Positions 29,221 through 37,574 of a DNA stretch of 39,888 nt are shown piece after piece. This DNA is from a virus (taxonomy: Duplodnaviria > Caudoviricetes). Made by a program: the position numbers and the translations under genes. The stretch's first letter is position 1, and each line of letters opens with the position of its first letter. Under the pieces are notes generated by a model. It had not been told where the DNA came from. It searched no databases and was given only the letters and a program-made list of their open reading frames with translations. The stretch spans positions 1 through 39,888 of IMG/VR virus record IMGVR_UViG_3300008117_004550; one strand, 5' to 3'.

Positions 29221-30332
29221 TAACTTATTAATTTTTCGTTTAAAACTTTAATCATTTTACTATCATTTAAAGATAGTTCTTTTGCTCTCTGAATTGCTTT
29301 ATTAGATAATTCAAATCTATAATTTTCGTTATCTAATATTTTATCTAACATATCAAACAAATCTTTTTTATATTTAAAAAATAAACCATTTGGGTCTATC
29401 TCTTTGTAACAATCTGATTCCTGAAATATCATAGGAGTTCCGTTCATCATACAATCGGTTGCTGCTACACTCCATCCATAATTTGTTTGTCTCATCTGAA
29501 TACCTACCATACATTCTTGCACTCGTTTATAGTAATCATGTTTAGCTACTTTGGTATTATCAATCCAACTAAATTCTGGCTTACCATCTAATTGTGGCAC
29601 CCATACTTTAAAATCTTGTCTGCGTTCTCTATACTCCTCCATCAATTTAATAAAAGATGGATATCCTTTATATGCAGCCGCTCGATGATTGAATACAATA
29701 ACTTTTTGTTTTTCTTTTGGTTCTTCTATAATTTTAGTATTATCTATGCCCAAATTCCAAACTACTAATATACTATTTAATTTTTGAATAAACAAATCAT
29801 TAAACCACAGTTTTGCTTCTTCTAAAACTCTATCTTTTTGTTCCTGTGTATTTAGAAAACAAGTATCCATTTGTGATACCCCTAATAGTTCTATTGGCAT
29901 CCATCTCCACTTATTTTTCCTATCTTCAGCATTGCAGGTTTTCATTTCCCACCAATGACAATATCCAATAATTTTTGTATTGAAATCATTTTTATATCTA
30001 CCAACTTGCGGCCAATCGGGCAAATGTGAATAAATAACATCGTACTCTAATGTTTCCAATAACCTATTAAAATCAGGTGGATAAGTACGCATCTTAATCA
30101 TATCACCTGAAAATGGTAGTATGTGTTGTTTTACATTAATTAGATTTAACTTCTTAACTGCCTGTGGTAATATGATATTCCAATAGAACTCACCATGTTC
30201 TTCTAATGCCTTTATGTGATTATAGATTACATCTACAAACGAATCTTTCTCAATATTTCCAGAATTGGTAATATTTGGAATAACTAAAACCTTCCTTGCT
30301 TTTTTATAATCTATTGAATCCCAAAATGTCAT
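29220..30332 (-). CDS. GT-B glycosyltransferase translationally coupled to the DNA polymerase
   Basis: IVFNHR...YKG, YGWSVAATDCMMNGTP (variant of the E-x7-E region); TAATG overlap with the polymerase start. Confidence 0.7.
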   Translation of the reverse strand: MTFWDSIDYKKARKVLVIPNITNSGNIEKDSFVDVIYNHIKALEEHGEFYWNIILPQAVKKLNLINVKQHILPFSGDMIKMRTYPPDFNRLLETLEYDVIYSHLPDWPQVGRYKNDFNTKIIGYCHWWEMKTCNAEDRKNKWRWMPIELLGVSQMDTCFLNTQEQKDRVLEEAKLWFNDLFIQKLNSILVVWNLGIDNTKIIEEPKEKQKVIVFNHRAAAYKGYPSFIKLMEEYRERRQDFKVWVPQLDGKPEFSWIDNTKVAKHDYYKRVQECMVGIQMRQTNYGWSVAATDCMMNGTPMIFQESDCYKEIDPNGLFFKYKKDLFDMLDKILDNENYRFELSNKAIQRAKELSLNDSKMIKVLNEKLIS

Positions 30333-30341
30333 ATTATCTTC

Positions 30342-31463
30342 CTACTTCTCATATCGCTTAATTGCTTTATCTTTCCACCATTTCATTGTGTATTCATTGC
30401 CTTGCTGAAATTTATCTTTTAACACTAAATCCTTTTCTTCTATTTTAGAACATAGGAACTCATTACCATTCTCATACATTTGTGCAAAGTATACACCTCT
30501 TTGAAATCCGTGGTCATATGCATCGCTTTTAATTCCCAATTCTTTATAAATAGCTTGAATGATTTTTTGTTTGATACCGCTCACAGGTCCATTTCTTTCG
30601 TACCCCATATTAGCACCATTTCTTTCTCTCTCTTGTGTAATATGAGTATTATACCAATCAGCTTTATTTTCTTTTAACCATTGATGCCAAGGGTCATAAA
30701 CTTTATCATCCGGCTTTGTTGAAATCTTACCTTTTGATTCACCCAATGTTTTGAAATGTGGAATACCATTATATTGCGAATGAATACCGTATAATGATGT
30801 TGTACCAACTCCAACTAATACGTTATCATATTTTTGTTTCCAATAATCTCTAATTTCAGGGGAAGTTGCCAATGCAGCGATTAATTTACCACCTAAAAAA
30901 TTATATCCAAAAGGTTGAGTAGATACAATGGTTGTAGCAATAGTAGTACAATTCAATTTTCCTTTGGAAAATTTGTCTTCTTTCTGCCAACCAATATAAG
31001 CATCTCTAACACCCAAAGATGTAATATCACTACCCAAACAAATTTGTCCTAATATCTTTCCGCTTGTTCTATCTTTAACATAACATTTTACATTACGACC
31101 AGGATTAGCTTGAAACTCCATAGTATGAATCAATCTGCGAATTTCAGTCCAGCGAGTAGCTTGTTTAGGGTCTTCATCTACAATTTCTACATATGGTTCT
31201 AACGATTGAATTTCAGAAATAGTTAATTCTTTATTCATAATATCACTAGGTTTCCATAAAGAATCATAGTGTTGTTGAAGAACGGGCAATTTTTTCATAT
31301 TTCCTACTAAATCACTATTCCACTCCATCCATTTTTTGTATAGAGTTTGTTCTTCTACTGACATTGTTTTAAGATAGTCCAAATTATCAATGAACTTCTT
31401 TTTCATAACTTCATAGTCAAAAACTTCAGTATTTGTTTCTTCGCCTGTATCCCAAAATTTCAT
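30342..31463 (-). CDS. DUF4338/Druantia DruA-like protein
   Basis: PGRN...VKDRTSGKILG.I.LGS...RDAYIGW, QPFGYNFLGGKLIAAL, TTSLYG..SQYNG, LGESKG. Confidence 0.75.
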   Translation of the reverse strand: MKFWDTGEETNTEVFDYEVMKKKFIDNLDYLKTMSVEEQTLYKKWMEWNSDLVGNMKKLPVLQQHYDSLWKPSDIMNKELTISEIQSLEPYVEIVDEDPKQATRWTEIRRLIHTMEFQANPGRNVKCYVKDRTSGKILGQICLGSDITSLGVRDAYIGWQKEDKFSKGKLNCTTIATTIVSTQPFGYNFLGGKLIAALATSPEIRDYWKQKYDNVLVGVGTTSLYGIHSQYNGIPHFKTLGESKGKISTKPDDKVYDPWHQWLKENKADWYNTHITQERERNGANMGYERNGPVSGIKQKIIQAIYKELGIKSDAYDHGFQRGVYFAQMYENGNEFLCSKIEEKDLVLKDKFQQGNEYTMKWWKDKAIKRYEK

Positions 31464-31467
31464 ATTT

Positions 31468-31499
31468 CTAATATACTATTTTTTTATTAAATTACCAAA
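31468..31499 (-). promoter_or_regulatory. Bacteroidota-type promoter TTTG-N20-TATATTAG upstream of DruA-like/GT/polymerase genes
   Basis: TTTG at 31499-31496, 20-nt spacer, TATATTAG at 31475-31468. Confidence 0.7.
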
Positions 31500-32295
31500 A
31501 CTTACTTGCTAATTCACTCTCCGGTGCTATCGTAGTATGGTGTTCTATATCCTTATTAAATTCTTTTGCATTCTTTGGGTAATCCCTAACTTCATGCTTT
31601 AAAGATTTTAAGATTGCTTTCTTTTCTTTTTTATCACCTGTAATCACTTGTACATATCTATGCTTTGGTGGTTCTTCTCTTCTCCAAAATTCTTTGTAAC
31701 CTTGCTTTCCGATTTCTCTACGAAGATGTTCTAAATTACCACTACCCCACATTGAGAATACTGTCCTACTATGAATCCAATCATATGGGTCTTTTGTTAG
31801 AGATATTCCGTAATTAGGCATTAAAGCAATTTCTGTGTTCATTCCCTGATATATCCAGTTAGTTGCTTGGTATATTCCACCCAAATGTTCTTGTCCGTTA
31901 TCTGCGTAGGAAATCAGTACCTTAATCGCTTTATCATTTTCCCTAAACCATTTGAATGATTGCCCGATTGCATAACTTTCTATGTTAGCACCATACCCAT
32001 CATCACAATAGAGACGGGTAAGTTCTAATACATTATCTTTTGTGAGTAATTCTGAAATTGAAAGTGCTGCTCTTGCACCTACTGGAAATCCATAAACCAA
32101 ACATCCGATAAGTTTTTCATTATCTCCTAATGCGTTTACTTCATCTGTTCTATAAAATATGCCCAGAGAATATCTACATGCAGTCCATGCGTGTGTATAG
32201 TGTTTTTTAACTATAATTTCTTTTGCAACCGATGGACTTATTTCTCTAATAGTAACTCTGGATACATCACAATATAACTTATTTTCTACTTTCAT
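31492..32295 (-). CDS. mom: Mom-family (GNAT-like) DNA base modification protein
   Basis: HY.H, LIGCLVYG.P, LELTRL, ES..I, ISYAD..Q.H.G.IYQATNWIY.G, KHRY. Confidence 0.85.
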   Translation of the reverse strand: MKVENKLYCDVSRVTIREISPSVAKEIIVKKHYTHAWTACRYSLGIFYRTDEVNALGDNEKLIGCLVYGFPVGARAALSISELLTKDNVLELTRLYCDDGYGANIESYAIGQSFKWFRENDKAIKVLISYADNGQEHLGGIYQATNWIYQGMNTEIALMPNYGISLTKDPYDWIHSRTVFSMWGSGNLEHLRREIGKQGYKEFWRREEPPKHRYVQVITGDKKEKKAILKSLKHEVRDYPKNAKEFNKDIEHHTTIAPESELASKFW

Positions 32296-32479
32296 ATGGC
32301 CATTTCAACATATGTGTCCATGTCTGGTTTGTAACTATTTTTTTAATATTTGCTGGCGAAACTTTGTGGTTTTGTGCTAATACTTTAACATTACGATGTC
32401 CAACTTTCCATAGTTCTCTAATCGTTTCAACTTGCTTTTCAGTAAGTTTGCTCATTGGATGCGCTTCGCCCTTTAACAT
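32279..32479 (-). CDS. Small HTH DNA-binding protein (resembles the C-terminal module of HNH homing endonucleases)
   Basis: GEAHPMSKLTEKQVETIR...LAQNHKVSPANIKKIV...TW. Likely ATG at 32479, just downstream of a promoter. Confidence 0.7.
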   Translation of the reverse strand: MLKGEAHPMSKLTEKQVETIRELWKVGHRNVKVLAQNHKVSPANIKKIVTNQTWTHMLKWPYESRK

Positions 32480-32483
32480 AACC

Positions 32484-32515
32484 CTAATATACGGAATTTT
32501 TTTCACTATAACAAA
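32484..32515 (-). promoter_or_regulatory. Bacteroidota-type promoter TTTG-N20-TATATTAG upstream of HTH-mom
   Basis: TTTG at 32515-32512, 20-nt spacer, TATATTAG at 32491-32484. Confidence 0.7.
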
Positions 32516-33070
32516 TTATTTTTGGAATATCAATAACACATCATTTTTTTGATTATGCTTACTTTTTGACCTTAAATCAATTATTTCATATGGTATATTT
32601 AATTTATCAAATTCTTCTTTATAAGAATCAATATCCCACACATCTTCTATTATTAATTTGCCGCCTGATTTTAATTTTGAAAACCACATATCTACACATT
32701 TTATTTGAGAGTTTAAAGTATGTGGTCCATCATCTATAATGTAATCGAAAAAATTATTTTGATATAAAGAAACTACTTCGTGTGTATATGCATCGGCATA
32801 TTGAATATTTACACCATCAATATTATTCACAATATTAAAATATTCATCAGTCATTTCATCTCCATTATCAATACCATATACATTTGAATTGATAAACCAA
32901 TCTCTCCAAAGAATTAAAGAATCTCCTTTATTAATTCCAATTTCCAATATGTTTATTTTTTCATATCTAATTGGTGTAAATTCCGAATTATACCATTCAT
33001 CAATATAGCAATGAACCGTACCTTTGTCGGATAATTCTCCTGTAACTTTATAAAATTCAGATAAATTCAT
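32516..33070 (-). CDS. Class I SAM methyltransferase (sugar O-methyltransferase-like)
   Basis: DKGTVH.Y, ILEIGI..GDSL..WRDWF, YGID, FDYIIDDGPH, LKSGGKLIIED. Confidence 0.82.
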   Translation of the reverse strand: MNLSEFYKVTGELSDKGTVHCYIDEWYNSEFTPIRYEKINILEIGINKGDSLILWRDWFINSNVYGIDNGDEMTDEYFNIVNNIDGVNIQYADAYTHEVVSLYQNNFFDYIIDDGPHTLNSQIKCVDMWFSKLKSGGKLIIEDVWDIDSYKEEFDKLNIPYEIIDLRSKSKHNQKNDVLLIFQK

Positions 33071-33333
33071 TAACCAATTGCTTCGTTGATTGAATTTTGA
33101 TATGCCATTTTAGATTGAAGACCTGTAAATCTTTCATGTAATTGGCCGTTCTTTTCAATGATTACTGTCGGAACTGATGTTACTCCGTATTTCATAACTT
33201 CATCTACTTCATTATCCACATCATATTCTTCAAACTTTACATTTGGATATTTACTTTTAATTTCATTCATTACAGGTGCCAACATTCTACAAGGTCCACA
33301 CCAAACTGCGCTAAACTTTTTTACCGTTACCAT
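33070..33333 (-). CDS. trxA: Thioredoxin
   Basis: FSAVWCGPCR, SVPT. Confidence 0.92.
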   Translation of the reverse strand: MVTVKKFSAVWCGPCRMLAPVMNEIKSKYPNVKFEEYDVDNEVDEVMKYGVTSVPTVIIEKNGQLHERFTGLQSKMAYQNSINEAIG

Positions 33334-34042
33334 TCGTTATTTGTTTTAGATATTCATATTCATCCAAAAGGGCATCGACTATCGGGTGTCTATGATTTGT
33401 TAATAGGGTTTGTGATGCCATATCTTTAACTTTACTTGCTACTGATATTAAAAATTTAAAACCACTTTCACCTCTGGTCTTCAAATCTACTTGCTGTGTA
33501 TCTCCACATATTACCATTTTGCTTCTTAATCCCAAACGAGAAACAATCATTTCCATTTGGTCAGTAGTACAATTCTGCGCCTCATCTACGATTACGAATG
33601 AATCCAAAAATGTTCTACCTCTCATAAACGCAACGGGTACAATTTCAATTACCCCACTTTCAAGTATTTCATCAATCTTTTCTTTGTTGTAAAGTTGATA
33701 AAAGTTTGCGTAGATTGGTTGCATCCAGGGTTCCATCTTTTCTCTTAAGTCTCCCGGAAGAAAACCTATTTCTTCTTTACTAACCGTTGGACGAGTAATC
33801 ACAATTTTTTGTATTACTTTTTTGAATAGTAGGTCCAATGCAATCTGACATGCTAAAAGTGTTTTACCACTTCCGGCTTTACCACTCAATACCGTTACTG
33901 CGTTATTGAGTATTTTTTCTTTTGCTACTTTCTGTTCTTCATTTAATTGAAGTTGAAATTTAATTGGCCCTTTTGGTTTCTGTTTTTCTTCTCTAATTTT
34001 GTCTGTCAACTCTTTGTGTTTTGATGATTGATTTTCTCCCAT
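33311..34042 (-). CDS. phoH: PhoH-family ATPase
   Basis: GKAGSGKT, ITRP, IGFLPG, FMRGRTF, DEAQN, SRLG, GDTQQVD, NHRHP. Confidence 0.95.
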   Translation of the reverse strand: MGENQSSKHKELTDKIREEKQKPKGPIKFQLQLNEEQKVAKEKILNNAVTVLSGKAGSGKTLLACQIALDLLFKKVIQKIVITRPTVSKEEIGFLPGDLREKMEPWMQPIYANFYQLYNKEKIDEILESGVIEIVPVAFMRGRTFLDSFVIVDEAQNCTTDQMEMIVSRLGLRSKMVICGDTQQVDLKTRGESGFKFLISVASKVKDMASQTLLTNHRHPIVDALLDEYEYLKQITNGNGKKV

Positions 34043-34206
34043 AACTCGTCTAATTTATTATTCCCCTTTAAATGTTTCGGGTCATATGGGCAATGACGAC
34101 AGCCACTGCCACAACAATACCCTCGTTCAATATGGTAGTTAGGGGTAAAAACCACCTTACCATTTTCCAAATAATATAGCGATTTGTCATCTTTATTTAA
34201 TTTCAC
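34006..34206 (-). CDS. Small Cys-rich protein (DUF5522-like)
   Basis: VFTPNYHIERGYCCGSGCRHCPY. Probable GTG start at 34206 overlapping the RNR end. Confidence 0.7.
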   Translation of the reverse strand: MKLNKDDKSLYYLENGKVVFTPNYHIERGYCCGSGCRHCPYDPKHLKGNNKLDELWEKINHQNTKS

Positions 34207-36049
34207 ACGCACCTCCTGCACAAGCTAATTCACCACTTAAATCTGTGTTATCATCTATTTCAATAACTTTACTTAAGTCAATCTCATGTAGGGTTTGCAT
34301 CAACTCTTCGTATTTTTCTTTTGTACAATCTTCGAAAGGTGCTTGAATATATGTTCCACCATCATAAGGTAATACCGATAATCCATTGTAGAATTCTTTA
34401 TTCTCCCACATCCACTCACCAACTGCTTTCCACTCATGCTCTCTAATTGAAACGGTTGCAGATACGTTATGTGTATTGTTACCACTTCTATGACCTGGCT
34501 TAATCCATTCACTATGTACTTTCTTAACTCTCTCCAATAATTGAATTGGGGATTCGGTACGGAAAATTGCATCTGCTGGTGCTTTTTGTGGAATACCAAT
34601 TACTGCAGTATCATGTGGACGGAAATATTCATCTTCTACTAATTCAGGATGATTTAACATTAGGTATTGGTAAATACTTTCATTCTTACCAACTCTTACT
34701 CTACGAATATAGTAATCATTGTGCCACGCGTGTATACCAGATGATGTTCCTAATGTTAGTGATGTTGTTCCTGCAGGTTTAACTGTCGTAGTTCTTGCTG
34801 AATGATTTACTCCAATAATATCTGCTACTCTTGCATTTTCAACTTTTACAACCTTTGATGCTTCTTTCATATTCAATTTCAATACTGCACCACTTCCGAT
34901 GCCGGTCATAGATACACCAATCAATGCATCCTTTTCAGTTGTTCTTTGCCAAATTGGTCTTAAATAATGGAAATCGGTATAGCCAGCTTGAAGTGTTCCA
35001 ATGAATGATGCTGCTTTTACTCTTGCATTCAAATCATCCTGGTCTACTACATCAGATACATTTACTTCACAAAGATTACAGAATTGGAAAGGTCTTAATG
35101 CAATCTCACAACAAGGATTAGTTCCCCAATCTTTATCGTTTGATAAGTAGATACCAGGCTCACCTGCTCCACTCGCTTCAATTCTTTTCCAAAGGTCTAA
35201 AAAGTATTCTTTTGTGATTTTGTGTCTCATTAGAACTGCAGAGTTATTTGCTCTACCTCTTTGTGGATTTTTTTCCCACCATGCACCACTCTTACAACTA
35301 ATCATTTCTTCATCGGTTGCAGAGAATAAACATATTAATGCTGCTCTACGAATACCACCTGCTAATACTGCATCTGCAATATGACAAACCATATCGTGTA
35401 CCTCAATTGCTGTTAATTTATCACCATCTTTGTGCGAATCTAAAATACCTTCCAACTTAATCAAACATTCTTTAAGTGGTTGAGGGCCAGGTGCTTTACC
35501 GCCTGATGTAACAAGTCTTGCACCCTTTGCACGAATATCTCTAAAATCGAATACTGGCTTACTACCACCAAAGAAATATGCTTTTATTAATACTGATATA
35601 GCATCTGCCCATCCTTCAATAGAATCACCAATAAGGAATCTTCTTGTTTTATCTGCATTTGGTTTTCTGATTTCAGGCAATTGGTCAACGTGATGCTTTT
35701 GTACAGAGTAACCTACACCCGTACCACCTAATAGAAGAAACATAATTTCTGCAAATACTCTGTAATCATCAACCGGTGCGAATGCACAATTGTAAATTCT
35801 ATTTGGACTTATTTCAATTGGTTTACCTGCGAATTGCATTGAACGCATTGAAGGTAAAACCTTTTTATCGTATACGAATTTATAGTTCTCTCTAATTTCT
35901 TCTTCTAATTTTGGATATTTTTTAATATGCATATCCATATTACGGGTAACCAATTCTTCCCATGTTTCTCTTCTATTTAATTCAGGTCTGTACTTTGCGT
36001 ACTTCATATAGACCGTAATGTCCGATAAAATTCTTTGTGAAATGTCCAT
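34193..36049 (-). CDS. nrdJ: Class II (adenosylcobalamin-dependent) ribonucleotide reductase, monomeric RTPR-type
   Basis: RETWEE, PSMR, YNCA, GTGVG, SGG.APGP.PL, GGIRRAA, QRGRANNS, TNPCCEI, CNL, VKPAGT, C-terminal CAGGAC. Confidence 0.92.
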   Translation of the reverse strand: MDISQRILSDITVYMKYAKYRPELNRRETWEELVTRNMDMHIKKYPKLEEEIRENYKFVYDKKVLPSMRSMQFAGKPIEISPNRIYNCAFAPVDDYRVFAEIMFLLLGGTGVGYSVQKHHVDQLPEIRKPNADKTRRFLIGDSIEGWADAISVLIKAYFFGGSKPVFDFRDIRAKGARLVTSGGKAPGPQPLKECLIKLEGILDSHKDGDKLTAIEVHDMVCHIADAVLAGGIRRAALICLFSATDEEMISCKSGAWWEKNPQRGRANNSAVLMRHKITKEYFLDLWKRIEASGAGEPGIYLSNDKDWGTNPCCEIALRPFQFCNLCEVNVSDVVDQDDLNARVKAASFIGTLQAGYTDFHYLRPIWQRTTEKDALIGVSMTGIGSGAVLKLNMKEASKVVKVENARVADIIGVNHSARTTTVKPAGTTSLTLGTSSGIHAWHNDYYIRRVRVGKNESIYQYLMLNHPELVEDEYFRPHDTAVIGIPQKAPADAIFRTESPIQLLERVKKVHSEWIKPGHRSGNNTHNVSATVSIREHEWKAVGEWMWENKEFYNGLSVLPYDGGTYIQAPFEDCTKEKYEELMQTLHEIDLSKVIEIDDNTDLSGELACAGGACEIK

Positions 36050-36119
36050 CTTTTTGTAATTTTTTTATTTTTGTAAGTGAATAATTTTTCCGAAAAAACC
36101 AGAAAATGTAAAGATATAT

Positions 36120-36146
36120 ATAGGGTGTAGTGGACTAGAACCCTAT
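36120..36146. other. Inverted repeat/hairpin in the helicase-nrdJ intergenic region
   Basis: ATAGGGT (36120-36126) pairs with ACCCTAT (36140-36146), with an inner TAG-TGGA-CTA; followed on the + strand by TTTCTTT. Confidence 0.45.
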
Positions 36147-36215
36147 TTTCTTTAGTAAATTTTAGAGTTTTTTGAAAAATATTTTTCTCCTGTTTTTTTA
36201 CTTTTTATATACTTA

Positions 36216-37574
36216 TCAACCCATATTTTCTACATACTTTTTATGTAGAAGTTTCTTTTCTAAACTCTCACCATTCTTACTCTCTTTTGTCGCCGCCATT
36301 CCATCTACTGATGTTGCTGCGAACACATCCATAACTCCGTGGAAAGTATCAATTTTCGCAGGGAATGTCATACCGTCTGGCCCAAAACGATTCTTTACAA
36401 TGTGAATTCGACCTGTGTTAGATAATTTATCTTTGGTCTTTCTACTCACACTCATAATAAAATCTGCTGTCTGAACTTTCTTATATGAATCACCAACCGA
36501 GTCCGCTTGGATAACTTCGTGGTCTATTGCTGCTCTGTTAGTTTGTGTTGCTGTCCAAATCGGAATACCTGTCTCACCACTCAATCCTCTTAATTCCTCA
36601 TAGATACCACCCAACTCCGCATACAATCCATCATTACCTCTATTTGCTGACTTAAGAAGGTCAGCGTAATCTATAATAATCAATTGTGGATTAAACCCAC
36701 TTGCTCTTACTTTATCAATATGTGCTGATAGGGTTTTTGCTGATGCGAATTGTGGTGGATAGTATTTAATCTTCACTCTACCCGGTGTTTGTTTTACTTT
36801 ACGGACAATATCATCTTTCCTCAACTTTTGGTCTGCTGTGGCGATATTAGTTAGAATTGTAATGTATCTTTGACCTACATAATTTTCGGATAATTCCAAA
36901 GTGTAGTGTAGTACATTAACACCTCTTTGCAATGCCGCACATGCAATCTTTGATAAGAACCAACTTTTACCGATACCAGATGGAGCCATAACTACACCTA
37001 ATTCGCCAGGTCCTAAACCACCATCCATTAGTTCATCTATTACATCCCAACCGGTAGAAACGGAATCTCTTTTTACATCATCCAATATATTTTCAAAATC
37101 CTCAACAAAGTCCAAACCCAAATCATTTTCAACACCCACTTTGGATGCGGCAGTCATTGTATCAATAATCTTATCGTATTGACCGGATTTGAGAAGGTCT
37201 ACCGATTTTAGTAGAGCCTCTTTTACTTTTTGGTTCTTTGCAAAGGTAAGATATTCGTTCTTTACATAGGGTAAATCATCTGCACCTATTTGTAGATATA
37301 CGCCTTTAAGTTGTTCTACTACGGTTTGCTTTAAAACCTTATCTTCAATCTCTCCAACTTTGATTTTAAAAACCTCCATTGTAGGAGTACCACGATACTT
37401 ATCGAAATAAGTTTGTGCTTCCTTTACAATCCATTGGTTTGCTTGAGATTCAAAAAAGTTAGGTTTTGTAATTTCGTTTACCTGTTCTAAAAACTTAACA
37501 TCTGTGATAAGTGAAGCAACTACTTTAGATTGATACGATTGACCATATTTTACCAATGTATCTACTGCTTCCAT
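36216..37574 (-). CDS. DnaB-family replicative helicase (T4 gp41-like)
   Basis: STGW..ID..MDGGL.PGEL, APSGIGKS, YTLEL, IIDYADL, WTATQTNR, VKNRFG. Confidence 0.93.
   Translation of the reverse strand: MEAVDTLVKYGQSYQSKVVASLITDVKFLEQVNEITKPNFFESQANQWIVKEAQTYFDKYRGTPTMEVFKIKVGEIEDKVLKQTVVEQLKGVYLQIGADDLPYVKNEYLTFAKNQKVKEALLKSVDLLKSGQYDKIIDTMTAASKVGVENDLGLDFVEDFENILDDVKRDSVSTGWDVIDELMDGGLGPGELGVVMAPSGIGKSWFLSKIACAALQRGVNVLHYTLELSENYVGQRYITILTNIATADQKLRKDDIVRKVKQTPGRVKIKYYPPQFASAKTLSAHIDKVRASGFNPQLIIIDYADLLKSANRGNDGLYAELGGIYEELRGLSGETGIPIWTATQTNRAAIDHEVIQADSVGDSYKKVQTADFIMSVSRKTKDKLSNTGRIHIVKNRFGPDGMTFPAKIDTFHGVMDVFAATSVDGMAATKESKNGESLEKKLLHKKYVENMG

Noticed and set aside
34300-34599. Alternative-frame minus ORF inside nrdJ
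   Set aside because: Nested within conserved RNR coding sequence, with no independent evidence.
26665-36049. Inteins or introns in PolB and RNR
   Set aside because: Both ORFs are continuous and of ordinary length, with no splice-junction motifs or endonuclease inserts.
36050-36215. Cobalamin riboswitch, tRNA or NrdR box upstream of nrdJ
   Set aside because: The region is too AT-rich, with no B12-box or cloverleaf. CCCTATATATAT matches only half of an NrdR palindrome.
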